Positions 49,775 to 58,971 of a stretch of DNA of 64,000 bases are shown piece by piece. The notes under the pieces were generated by a model. That model worked only from the letters and a program-made list of their open reading frames with translations, was not told the DNA's origin and did not search any database. A program made the translations under genes and the position numbers. Source of the DNA: a bacterium (GTDB lineage Bacteria > Patescibacteriota > Minisyncoccia > Phycocordibacterales > GCA-002787175); the NCBI GenBank assembly GCA_030699905.1, contig JAUYKQ010000027.1, positions 1,293 to 65,292 on the forward strand, in the 5' to 3' direction. Each line of letters begins with the position of its first letter. The first letter of the stretch is position 1.

Positions 49775-49914
49775 CTGTGAATTACGAAACGCCTGCCCCC
49801 CACGAGGGAAAGCTCCCAAAAAAGTGACCGCTCCAAGGGCGCTTGCCTAGGGCTCAGTCACTTTTTTGTGACTTTCCTCGTGGGGGGGCGACTGCCGTAT
49901 TTTGTAATTCAAGA
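49775..49914. mobile_element. MITE-like fold-back element, family C copy 4
   Basis: Same ends and loop as other C copies. Confidence 0.85.
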
Positions 49915-50079
49915 TTTTTAAACCTTTGTCGCTCGAACTTTACTTGACTTAAATTATAACTCACGGACGGCAATTCACAACTCATAACTCGGTAACCGAT
50001 TACATTCTTTTTTTTCTTTCCACAAATCCGACGACAACAATTGCGCAATTATTTTAATTTTGAGATAATGAGTGGAACT

Positions 50080-51300
50080 ATGCAAAAAGAAAGAAGTAAA
50101 AATATCGGCACCGTAGTGGGCGTGGTTATTCTTATCGCCGTTTCTTTCGGTGTGGGAGTGAATGTAGGAAACAATCAGGTTAGTTCCGTGGCTACTTCTA
50201 ATATTTTGAATGTGGACAACGGCAAGCCGGATGAGGTTGACTTCTCGCCTTTTTGGAAAGCGTGGAATATTTTGAACGAAAAATACGTTACTACCGCCAC
50301 AAGCACTTCGGACCAGCAAAAGATATGGGGAGCCATAGAAGGTTTGGCCGCTTCTTTGGGCGACCCTTACACCTCCTTTTTTCCTCCTGTTGAGAAAAAG
50401 CAATTTGATGAGGAGATAAGCGGTAACTTTGAAGGGGTCGGCATGGAGGTTGATTTGCGCGATGGAGTTCTCACGGTGGTCGCGCCTCTTAAGGGTACGC
50501 CCGCTTACAGGGCGGGAATAGAACCGGAAGACCAGATAATCAAAATTGACGACAAGCCGACTCTCGGACTTTCTGTGGAAGACGCGGTAAAAGCTATCCG
50601 CGGGCCCAAGGGCAGTACAGTAACGCTGACTATTTTCCGGCTAAAAAACGGCGAAGAACCGATAAAAGTGGAAATTGTCCGAGATGTCATAGACATTCCG
50701 TCATTGGAAACCGAAACAAAGGACGGCGTCTTTATAATCCGGCTTTACAACTTCTCCGCTCCTTCGCAGAACGATTTCAGAGAAGCTCTTCGTGAGTTTG
50801 TGGAGGCGCAAACTCCGTATCTTGTTTTGGACTTGCGTGGCAATCCCGGCGGGTACTTGGGTTCGTCCATTGACATGGCTTCTTGGTTTTTGCCTCAAGG
50901 TAAAGTCATAGTAACGGAGGATTTCGGCCAAAACAGCGAACCGCGAGTTTACAGAAGTTTGGGACGAAACGCTTTTAACAAAAATTTAAGAATGGTGATT
51001 CTCGTAAACGGAGGTACCGCCTCGGCTTCGGAAATTCTTGCCGGAGCTCTGTCGGAACACAAAATGGCTGTGCTTGTCGGCACTCAAACTTTTGGAAAAG
51101 GTTCCGTACAGGAGCTTGTTCCCGTGACGGAGGATACGGCGCTCAAAGTAACGATAGCCCGATGGCTCACGCCTAACGGACTGTCTCTTTCGGAGGGGGG
51201 GATTACTCCGGACGTGGTTGTTGAAATGACAAGAGAGGACATTGAAGCGGGCTTGGATCCGCAGTTGGACAAGGCGTTAGAGTTGGTAAAAAATATGTAG
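50080..51300 (+). CDS. S41 carboxy-terminal processing protease (CtpA-like)
   Basis: DPYT, PDZ, LDLRGNPGG, ASASEI, TFGKGSVQ. Confidence 0.94.
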   Translation: MQKERSKNIGTVVGVVILIAVSFGVGVNVGNNQVSSVATSNILNVDNGKPDEVDFSPFWKAWNILNEKYVTTATSTSDQQKIWGAIEGLAASLGDPYTSFFPPVEKKQFDEEISGNFEGVGMEVDLRDGVLTVVAPLKGTPAYRAGIEPEDQIIKIDDKPTLGLSVEDAVKAIRGPKGSTVTLTIFRLKNGEEPIKVEIVRDVIDIPSLETETKDGVFIIRLYNFSAPSQNDFREALREFVEAQTPYLVLDLRGNPGGYLGSSIDMASWFLPQGKVIVTEDFGQNSEPRVYRSLGRNAFNKNLRMVILVNGGTASASEILAGALSEHKMAVLVGTQTFGKGSVQELVPVTEDTALKVTIARWLTPNGLSLSEGGITPDVVVEMTREDIEAGLDPQLDKALELVKNM

Positions 51301-51370
51301 GTCGGGAGGAACCGGCTATGATTTACGATTTATGATTCAGGATTTAGGAGAAAAGAAAATAACCAGAAGG

Positions 51371-51426
51371 GGGACAGATGGGCACCATCACTCCCGATGT
51401 CGGGAGTGATGGTGCCCATCTGTCCC
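51371..51426. repeat. Perfect 27-bp-arm palindrome
   Basis: GGGACAGATGGGCACCATCACTCCCGA-TG-reverse complement. Confidence 0.9.
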
Positions 51427-51486
51427 GAGAACGTTGTATTTAAGCGCGGTTTGTGATAGCTTAATAAGACCTAACAGAAAAACTTT

Positions 51487-51933
51487 ATGAAAGTGGTTTT
51501 GCTTAAAGACGTGCCAAAAATAGGCCGAAAATACGAGGTCAAAAATGTAGCGGATGGCTACGCTTTAAACATGCTGATTCCGAAAGGTTTGGCCGAGACG
51601 GCAACGGAGAAAGCCGTTTTACGAGCTGAAGCGGAAGCCAAAAAACTGGTGGCGGAAAGAAAACTTCAGACAACTCTTTTGGAGAAAAATCTGGAAAGCA
51701 TTAAAGACAAAATCCTGTCGGTTTCGGCAAAGGCGAACGAGCAAGGACACCTTTTCGCTTCAATACATAAAGAAGAAATAGCCAAGAGAATTGAAGAAGA
51801 GACGCGGATTGCCGTTTTGCCGGAATTTATATTTTTTGATAAGCCCATTAAAGAAATCGGAGAACACAAAGTTACCGTCAAAGTGGGAGAAAGAGAAGCG
51901 AAGATAAAAGTCACAGTTTCAGCCAAAGAATGA
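51487..51933 (+). CDS. rplI: 50S ribosomal protein bL9
   Basis: [29 protein letters not shown]. Confidence 0.96.
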   Translation: MKVVLLKDVPKIGRKYEVKNVADGYALNMLIPKGLAETATEKAVLRAEAEAKKLVAERKLQTTLLEKNLESIKDKILSVSAKANEQGHLFASIHKEEIAKRIEEETRIAVLPEFIFFDKPIKEIGEHKVTVKVGEREAKIKVTVSAKE

Positions 51934-51968
51934 TAATAGCTGTAAGGTAGAAAAAATCGTATGATGTT

Positions 51969-52017
51969 AAAAACGGCGGTTATCAAAGGACTAAGTCCTT
52001 TGATAACCGCCGTTTTT
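51969..52017. terminator. Long perfect palindrome, probable bidirectional terminator
   Basis: AAAAACGGCGGTTATCAAAGGACT-A-reverse complement between convergent genes. Confidence 0.75.
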
Positions 52018-52020
52018 CTG

Positions 52021-52461
52021 TCAAAGTCCGGGGCAATTTTCTGCCGGTCGGTATCCGGCATCTTTTGCCTGTTTATCGTTTTCAAACCAAATTTTGTTTT
52101 CCTCTTTTATACGTTTGGCTCCGGAGCACCAAGGCAGATGATAAACGGAACCATTTTTAGAACCGACGAGCGCTCCGCCAATCTGGGGCTCCGGAACTCT
52201 CTGTTTTTCGTCCTCGCCTGAGGCCCTTTCCGCGAAAGCCGGAGCCGCCGCTTGAGACATTAACATATCGTCATACTCTATTTTAATAGGTGCGTAATTT
52301 TCCTTGCTTATTGAAAGGCGTCCGAGTCCGAATGAGCCAAAAGCCACTAAAATAATTATGATAGGGAATAGCGTCTCTTTGGAGATGGCAACATTTCTGG
52401 CCGTGGAGGTCGCCCTTAAAGAAGTCGCCTTGCATTTTTGAAATAAATCATGTATATTCAT
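52021..52461 (-). CDS. Membrane protein with Ada-like metal-binding domain
   Basis: GSKNGSVYHLPWC...AGYRPAENC. Confidence 0.8.
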   Translation of the reverse strand: MNIHDLFQKCKATSLRATSTARNVAISKETLFPIIIILVAFGSFGLGRLSISKENYAPIKIEYDDMLMSQAAAPAFAERASGEDEKQRVPEPQIGGALVGSKNGSVYHLPWCSGAKRIKEENKIWFENDKQAKDAGYRPAENCPGL

Positions 52462-52490
52462 GAGGTCATTATAACTAAAGATATTGAGCT

Positions 52491-52763
52491 ATGGCAACAA
52501 AAAAGGCGGGCGGTACAGCTAAAAACCTGACTGATTCACAACCAAAGTATCTTGGCGTCAAACTTTATGCCGGACAAAAAGCGGGTATTGGTTCCGTTAT
52601 TGTTCGTCAAAGAGGCACGCGGTACTTGCCCGGTAAAAACGTAGGTCTGGGAAAAGACCATACTCTTTTCGCTCTCAAGGAAGGCAAGGTCTCTTACACC
52701 AACAGGAGAAAAATCAGGTGGAACGGCGACAAACTGACCAAAAAACAAGTTCACGTTACGTAA
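52491..52763 (+). CDS. rpmA: 50S ribosomal protein bL27
   Basis: [25 protein letters not shown]. Confidence 0.97.
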   Translation: MATKKAGGTAKNLTDSQPKYLGVKLYAGQKAGIGSVIVRQRGTRYLPGKNVGLGKDHTLFALKEGKVSYTNRRKIRWNGDKLTKKQVHVT

Positions 52764-52950
52764 GAACCTATCTCCAATCTCAGCGCTAAATATGGGGCCA
52801 TAAATAAGAGCTCATCCGCTAAAACGGCGCAATTTCGGCTAAAAAACTTCGCTTCGTCCTCTACATATCATGATATGCCTCGGACTCCAGCTTGTTTTTT
52901 ATCTCGAAATTGCGCCGTTTTACTCGGATGTGAGATTGGAGATAGGTTCT
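52763..52950. mobile_element. MITE-like fold-back element, family E (188 bp)
   Basis: Perfect 20-bp terminal inverted repeat AGAACCTATCTCCAATCTCA; nested internal inverted repeats. Confidence 0.8.
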
Positions 52951-52955
52951 AAAAT

Positions 52956-54278
52956 TCACGGCTGGTTTTTCAGCCGATTCAATTCTTCTCTTACGACCAC
53001 TCTGTCATCCCACGGAAGTGTTTTTCCGTTTATTGTTATTGTTTGCTCCGCTCCTTTTCCGGTTACTATGACGACGTCGCCACCCGTCGCGAGAGATAGG
53101 GCTTTGCGGATGCCTAGACGTCTGTCCAGTACAACATACAAGGTCTCTTCTCTTTTGGCTCCGGCGCTCTCTGCCGATTTGGCAATATCTTCCGCTATTT
53201 CTCTCGGGTCGTCCTCGTAGGCGTCAACGTTGCTTACGATAATAAAGTCGGCCCTCTCCGCCGCCACGCGACCCATGACGGGACGTTTGCCCTTATAACG
53301 GCCACCGCCCTCCGCGCCTAAAACCACAATGACTTTGTGGCTACCCGAGAGCAGTTTAGCGGTGAGAAGAGCGGCCTCCATTGAACGCCCCTCGTGAGCG
53401 TAGTCAACTATGGCCGTGAATGGCTCTTTTTGCACGACTTCCATTCGGCCGGGAATTGTGGCCAATTCTTTAAAACCGTTTGCTATTTTTTCGTCCGATA
53501 CGCCAAGGAAACGACCGATAGCTACGGCCGGCAGGGCGTTGTACACGTTAAAAACGCCCGGAAGACGCAAATCAAAGTTACTGCCATCTACTTTGAAAGA
53601 CACTGAAAATCCTTCGGCTTTAATGTTCTCGGCCAAGACCGACGCCCCTTCTTTTAGTCCGAAAGTTATTTTTTTGTCGGCTTTAAAAGACAAAAAATAA
53701 TTTTTTTCATCATCATCGCTGTTGACCATAATGACCTTGTCCACTTTTCTGCCGTCTATGATTTTGTGTCTGTGTTTATGGAGAGAACTAAAAATCTTTC
53801 CTTTTGCTTGTTTGTACATTTCAAAACTGCCTCCATGAGAGGGAAGATGCTCCGGAGACAAGTTTGTAAAAACCAAAAAATCATAGTTTATTCCTTTATG
53901 ACGGAACTGTTTTATGCCCTCGGAAGTGGTTTCCACAACCGCCACTTTGCAACGCTCGCTTACCATTTGCCTCAAGTATTTTTGTATTTCGCTACGGCCA
54001 AGCATGGTCATGTGATAGTCGTTTCTCAACTCCTTTTCACCGATGCGTATGTTGGCCGTTGTTAAAATTCCGGTTTTTATTCCTCCGTTTTGCAAAGCGC
54101 TCCATATGAAATTGGCTGTGCTTGTTTTACCCTTTGTTCCCGTAATGCCGATAACTATGAGTTTTTCCGACGGAAAACCGTAAAAAGCCGCTCCGCAGAC
54201 GGCCACGATGAAATGACAAACGCTTCCGTATGTCCGTCGCAGTCCAACAGGAATTATTTTTCTAAAAAAACTTCTCAT
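52956..54278 (-). CDS. murE: UDP-MurNAc-dipeptide--diamino acid ligase (variant specificity loop)
   Basis: GITGTKGKTS, ETTSEG, FTNLSPEHL, PGRM, VDYAH; DNPR motif absent. Confidence 0.9.
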   Translation of the reverse strand: MRSFFRKIIPVGLRRTYGSVCHFIVAVCGAAFYGFPSEKLIVIGITGTKGKTSTANFIWSALQNGGIKTGILTTANIRIGEKELRNDYHMTMLGRSEIQKYLRQMVSERCKVAVVETTSEGIKQFRHKGINYDFLVFTNLSPEHLPSHGGSFEMYKQAKGKIFSSLHKHRHKIIDGRKVDKVIMVNSDDDEKNYFLSFKADKKITFGLKEGASVLAENIKAEGFSVSFKVDGSNFDLRLPGVFNVYNALPAVAIGRFLGVSDEKIANGFKELATIPGRMEVVQKEPFTAIVDYAHEGRSMEAALLTAKLLSGSHKVIVVLGAEGGGRYKGKRPVMGRVAAERADFIIVSNVDAYEDDPREIAEDIAKSAESAGAKREETLYVVLDRRLGIRKALSLATGGDVVIVTGKGAEQTITINGKTLPWDDRVVVREELNRLKNQP

Positions 54279-54988
54279 TGTTTGATTTTAGCGCCGGCGG
54301 CTTCTATGGTTTTTTCTGCCAAAACAGACAGAGAGTCCAAGTATCTGCCGGCAGTTTGAGTTTGAAAGTCGCCTTTAAAGTATGATAATTCAGTGCAAGC
54401 AAATATGAGTACCTCCGCTCCTTTTTCGTAGAGTTCTTTTGTCACGATTTCAAATTTTTTCTTATCAGCTCTTCCTTCTTTTTTGATGCCCTCGTATATA
54501 AGGTTCATGAGGATTTCTTGATTTTTATCCGACGGCAAAATCACTTCCATGTCTTCCTCTTCGCAATATTTCTCGTATACCCGTCCCTCTCTTGTGCCTG
54601 TGGTTGCCAAAACTCCTATTTTTTTTGCCCCAAAAAGTTTTTTTGCGCTCCTGACACTCTCAAGAGGCATATTTATGATTGGCGCGGAGATTTCTTCTTG
54701 GATAAGGTCGTAGAAAAAGTGCGTAGTATTGCAAGGAATAACAATAACCTCTGCCCCCATTTTTTCAAGGGCCTTGGCGTCTTCTTTGACAAGGGAGAGA
54801 AACGGTTCGTATTTTTTGTTCAGTATCACATCTGTACGGTCGGGCAGGGAAGCGTGGTTATAGATTATCATGTCTATATGTTCCTGGTCTTTGGACGCTT
54901 CTGTCCTCTCCAGTATTTCTTTGAAAAAATACTCCGTGGCAAGAGGCCCCATACCGCCCAAAACTCCTACTTTTTTTCGTTCCTTCAT
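54275..54988 (-). CDS. Aspartate racemase (RacD-like)
   Basis: GVLGGMGPLAT, PDRT, IPCNTTH, ACTELS two-Cys racemase motifs. Confidence 0.92.
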   Translation of the reverse strand: MKERKKVGVLGGMGPLATEYFFKEILERTEASKDQEHIDMIIYNHASLPDRTDVILNKKYEPFLSLVKEDAKALEKMGAEVIVIPCNTTHFFYDLIQEEISAPIINMPLESVRSAKKLFGAKKIGVLATTGTREGRVYEKYCEEEDMEVILPSDKNQEILMNLIYEGIKKEGRADKKKFEIVTKELYEKGAEVLIFACTELSYFKGDFQTQTAGRYLDSLSVLAEKTIEAAGAKIKQ

Positions 54989-54992
54989 AAGA

Positions 54993-56201
54993 TTAAAAAT
55001 ATTTATAATACTTCCAAAAGTGACTTAAATATGACCGTACAAGATAAAGTGTCCGCCTAAAAGAGTAGTCCCCTTTGTAAAAAAGCGGATTGATAATTTG
55101 GCCTTTGGCGGAAAGTTCTTTCATTTTTTGGCGGAGCGCCAGGTCTCTAACGTGTTTGTAAGCTACCCGAAAAGGTATGACCAGCCAGAGTTTCTCGCGC
55201 GCTTTGTCGGTAAAGTCCGGAATTTTCCCGAAAATATATTCGCCCGCCACGTACTCGGCGATGTTATGCCCGCCGGCGGTTACGTAGTAGTTGCTACGGC
55301 CCTGTCTGACGTTAAGTTCAAAAATCTTAAACTTGCCGTCTCTTTCGTCGTATTTGATGTCCATATTGGAAAAACCGACAAAATGCATGTCCTCCAAAAA
55401 GCGACGAATTTTCTCTTCAAGTTCAGAGTCATTTTCATTTATAATGACTGCGTGGTTTCCAAGACCCTTTGGCGTGTGCTCCTCAAGCAGGACGTGGCCG
55501 AGGGCAGAGAGCCGGACTTTACCGTTTTTATCGCTATAGCAAGTCAGAACCCGCATTTTGGAGTCATCGCCGGGAATAAATTCCTGTATTATTAAGGAGT
55601 CATCATAGCCGGCCAAGTATATTTCCGTCAAAACCTTTTCAAGTTCCGACCGGTCGTTTAATTTATAAACTTTTTTCTGTCCGTCAAAATGGTGTTTCCA
55701 ATAGTTCACTCCGTTTGAGGGCTTTACGATAACAGGGAAGGGGAAGGGGAGGTTAAAAGAAAGACCGTCACTTTTTTTATGTACCAAAGTCGCTGGATGC
55801 GGAAGATTGTATTGGTCGCAGAGTTTGTAAAACGTCTCCTTTTTCATGAGCTTGGCCATCATCTCCTCGTCTATATAAGGGGCTATGATGTTGTCTCTCA
55901 ATCCCTTCTTATGTTTGCCGATAAGTTCCACATAAGAGTCGCCACAAGCCAAAAGAATGATTTTCTTTTCGGGGTGTTTTGAGGCGAAAGAGTTTATTAT
56001 GGTTAAAAAAAGCTTTTCGTTGTCAATTTCCGGCTCCATGTAAAAATCCGCTATTTTGCTGAAATGGCTGGGGCCTGAAGATGCCTTCCCTAAAACGGCT
56101 GATTTTACGCCATAGGCCTCGTGAAAAGCTCTGGCCACGCTGTATGTGTTTATGTCGCTTCCCAAGAGTGCCGGTATAAAGTTTTGACTCCTGAATTCCA
56201 T
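54993..56201 (-). CDS. ATP-grasp D-aspartate ligase (Asl/YxbA-like)
   Basis: LLGSDINTYSVARAFHEAYG, QEFIPGDD, VLLEEH, ELNVRQGRSNYY. Confidence 0.85.
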   Translation of the reverse strand: MEFRSQNFIPALLGSDINTYSVARAFHEAYGVKSAVLGKASSGPSHFSKIADFYMEPEIDNEKLFLTIINSFASKHPEKKIILLACGDSYVELIGKHKKGLRDNIIAPYIDEEMMAKLMKKETFYKLCDQYNLPHPATLVHKKSDGLSFNLPFPFPVIVKPSNGVNYWKHHFDGQKKVYKLNDRSELEKVLTEIYLAGYDDSLIIQEFIPGDDSKMRVLTCYSDKNGKVRLSALGHVLLEEHTPKGLGNHAVIINENDSELEEKIRRFLEDMHFVGFSNMDIKYDERDGKFKIFELNVRQGRSNYYVTAGGHNIAEYVAGEYIFGKIPDFTDKAREKLWLVIPFRVAYKHVRDLALRQKMKELSAKGQIINPLFYKGDYSFRRTLYLVRSYLSHFWKYYKYF

Positions 56202-56284
56202 AGTCAAATATTAGCATATTTTACCGCAGTTAGAGCAACTTATATGGACAGAGTGCTTCTAAAAGGTTAATATTAGTGCCGAAA

Positions 56285-56355
56285 CGGGGTGTAGTATAGT
56301 GGTAGTATTCACGATTCGGGTTCGTGAGACGGGAGTTCGACTCTCCCCACCCCGA
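56285..56355 (+). tRNA. tRNA-Pro (CGG)
   Basis: CGGGGTG/CACCCCG acceptor stem, anticodon loop TT-CGG-GT, GTTCGACT T-loop. Confidence 0.93.
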
Positions 56356-56431
56356 AATTTTAGGATTAGCATGAGAGAAGAGGTGTTGACTTTTCCACAG
56401 CAAGAAATTTCGAAAACAGTATAATTCTGTT

Positions 56432-57376
56432 ATGAATAATGAAACACAAATAAATCAGGGAGGTCAGATAAATGAGCAGGTTTCGGGTACGAGCGTCCTG
56501 CCTTCCGGAAGCGCTCTCATGTCGGAGACGTGGGGATTGTACCGCTCCAAGCTTGCGACTCTTATAGGGGTGGCGATAGTGCCTGCTCTCGTCATGTTTT
56601 TATTCGTGAATTTTCTTAACATGGCCCCGGAACAAGGCGGTCAAGGTGGCGCAATGTTAGCTGGCTGGTTCAGTTTTTTTATTTTGGCCGTCCTGGTTCA
56701 GATAATAGTTTACGCTTGGGGACAGATTGCCATTATAGAAGCGGTTTCAGAAACGGGGGAAATTACAGTCGCGGAAAGTTTTGGCAGAGCCAAGAGAAAA
56801 ATCGGCTCCTATATCTGGCTCATCATTTTGAGTTCCTTTTTTGTTATGGGAGGTTCGCTTTTGTTCATCATACCGGGCATGATTTTCGGAATTTGGTTTG
56901 TTTTTGGGGTTTACATTATCGTCTGTGAAAATGAAAAGGGATTCAGAGCTCTTTTGAAGTCAAGAGAATATATGCGCAGTAGAACCTTTAAAGTGCTTTG
57001 GCGGCTTTTCGTGGTTGGGTTTGCCGCCCTTATAGGAAGCGTTGTTTTAAATGTCGCTTTCATGCCGTTTGGCAAGGAAATGGGCGCGTCAATAGCCAGA
57101 TTACTGTTTGCCGTAGTCGTTTCTCCGTTTGTGGCAGCTTACATGTATCTTCTGTTTATCCGCCTCAGAGAAGCCAGAGGCGCTTTTGTTTTTGAACCGG
57201 AAACTAAAACCAAAGTTGCTTATATCGGCACGGCCCTTCTGGGCTTTATACTTATGCCGGCTGTACTCCTCGGTATTCTGTTTTTCAAATTTGACGAAAT
57301 AAAAGCAACGATAACTCCGATGAATGCGTATGAGGAAATGAGTGAGGACGAGGGGGTTATTGAACTTAAACCATGA
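56432..57376 (+). CDS. Multi-pass hypothetical membrane protein
   Basis: LLFIIPG...ALLKSREY pattern, about seven TMs. Confidence 0.75.
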   Translation: MNNETQINQGGQINEQVSGTSVLPSGSALMSETWGLYRSKLATLIGVAIVPALVMFLFVNFLNMAPEQGGQGGAMLAGWFSFFILAVLVQIIVYAWGQIAIIEAVSETGEITVAESFGRAKRKIGSYIWLIILSSFFVMGGSLLFIIPGMIFGIWFVFGVYIIVCENEKGFRALLKSREYMRSRTFKVLWRLFVVGFAALIGSVVLNVAFMPFGKEMGASIARLLFAVVVSPFVAAYMYLLFIRLREARGAFVFEPETKTKVAYIGTALLGFILMPAVLLGILFFKFDEIKATITPMNAYEEMSEDEGVIELKP

Positions 57377-57969
57377 TAGTTGTTGACGTAGAAACGACCG
57401 GAACAGACCCACACGTTCACGGTATTGTATCCGTTGGGGCCGTGGATTTGGCAAGTCCGGAAAGGAGGTTTTACGATGAGTGTCGCGTCTTTGAAGGCGC
57501 CCATGTGATGGAAGAAGCTCTCGGTATAAACGGTTTTACGGAAAAAGAAATACACGATCCGAGCAAAAAAACCGAAGAACAAGTTTTGAGGTCTTTTATT
57601 CCTTGGGCCATGGATACCGATGACCACACCTTGGCGGGACACAATCCTATTTTTGATATTTCCATGCTTCAAACGGCCGCCAAACGATACGGACTTGATT
57701 GGCCTTTTCCGCACAGGAGTATAGACAGTCATTCTGTTTGTTTTGCTCACATGATATGGAAAGGGAAGAAACCGCCGACAGAAAAGGGCAGGACAGCTCT
57801 TAACCTTGATTCCGTCTTAAAATATGTCGGTTTACCGCCTGAACCAAGGCCACACAACGGCCTGCAAGGAGCTTTACGGGCGGCGGAAGCGCTGTCGCGA
57901 CTTCTTTACGGCAAGGGTCTTTTGCCGGAGTTTGAAAAATGCCCCATTTGGGGAGATTTGCCCTCTTGA
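57373..57969 (+). CDS. DEDDh 3'-5' exonuclease
   Basis: VDVETTG, GHNPIFD, HNGLQGA. Confidence 0.9.
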   Translation: MIVVDVETTGTDPHVHGIVSVGAVDLASPERRFYDECRVFEGAHVMEEALGINGFTEKEIHDPSKKTEEQVLRSFIPWAMDTDDHTLAGHNPIFDISMLQTAAKRYGLDWPFPHRSIDSHSVCFAHMIWKGKKPPTEKGRTALNLDSVLKYVGLPPEPRPHNGLQGALRAAEALSRLLYGKGLLPEFEKCPIWGDLPS

Positions 57970-58013
57970 TTTGGCAAAGCGTTGATTTTGTTGTTCAATT
58001 TAAATGAGTTGTC

Positions 58014-58053
58014 TCGCCTAAAAAACGGCTCTGCAGAGCCGTTTTTTAGGCGA
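58014..58053. terminator. Perfect 40-bp palindrome, probable terminator
   Basis: TCGCCTAAAAAACGGCTCTG|CAGAGCCGTTTTTTAGGCGA. Confidence 0.65.
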
Positions 58054-58185
58054 TTGATAATCCTGCTTTTCTCTTTTTAGTATTGACAATGAAAACGTTT
58101 TATGCTAATATATAAAGACAGTCAGACGAAAGTCTGATTTTAAATTTTATCTCTGGACCTTTACGGAAAGGTGAACGGAGAGATT

Positions 58186-58665
58186 ATGATAGAACTTACA
58201 ATTTCATCAATGCTTATGCTTTCGGCCTTCTATGGGGGCGCGGGAGCGACCGAAGTATCTTCGGCTAAAAGCACAATTCCAGTTCAAGTTAACATTAACC
58301 AAATCAGTGAAAGGGAAGGGGAGGTAGACGAAAATAAAATATATCCTCTTACTCTTGAACAGTACGTCAGAGAGTATTTTGAGGAAGAACCCATTCTTGC
58401 CGAAATAGCCAAGTGCGAATCAACATTCAGGCACTTTGGAAAAAATGGGAAAGTTATTCGCGGTATCCAAAACAGGGAAGACGTTGGTCTCATGCAGATT
58501 AACGAATACTTCCATGGCGATAGCGCAAAGAAGAACGGCTTTGACATCTATTCTCTTGAGGGGAACATGTCCTATGCCAAATGGCTTTACGAAAGGCAGG
58601 GAAGCGTCCCTTGGGTGCACTCTTCCAAGTGCTGGAAGAAAAGCGAACATTTCGCCAAGAAATAA
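58186..58665 (+). CDS. Secreted lysozyme-like / lytic transglycosylase (SLT) protein
   Basis: IAKCES catalytic Glu, GLMQIN, PW motif; promoter TTGACA-17-TAATAT at 58083-58111. Confidence 0.82.
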   Translation: MIELTISSMLMLSAFYGGAGATEVSSAKSTIPVQVNINQISEREGEVDENKIYPLTLEQYVREYFEEEPILAEIAKCESTFRHFGKNGKVIRGIQNREDVGLMQINEYFHGDSAKKNGFDIYSLEGNMSYAKWLYERQGSVPWVHSSKCWKKSEHFAKK

Positions 58666-58910
58666 TAGCAGAAAAAACACTCGGATTTTGTCCGAGTGTT
58701 TTTTCTTATCCGCTCAAATCCCCTGCTATCGCTGTAAAGAGAGGGGAGTGGCAGTAGTCCCCCTTAAGAGGAGCGCCTTGCCCCGTTAGAAATTAGAAAG
58801 AGGTTTCTAACGGGGCGGCCTCTCCGGCCGACCCTCCAGAGGGGAGAGAGATAGGGGGTGTGGATAACTTTTTTTGAAGTTCTTTTAAAGATGCTAAAAT
58901 TAATAATCAT

Positions 58911-58938
58911 GGTTCGCATAATTTAAGTTAATCGTACC
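58911..58938. other. dif-like Xer recombination site
   Basis: GGTTCGCATAA-TTTAAG-TTAATCGTACC, 11-6-11 layout, 33 bp before the Xer gene. Confidence 0.65.
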
Positions 58939-58971
58939 ATGCCGTTAAAATTAAGCCCATAATTTATTGTC

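Noticed and set aside
28641-49914. Family C copies as a CRISPR array
   Set aside because: Dispersed over 21 kb with no repeat-spacer periodicity and no cas genes.
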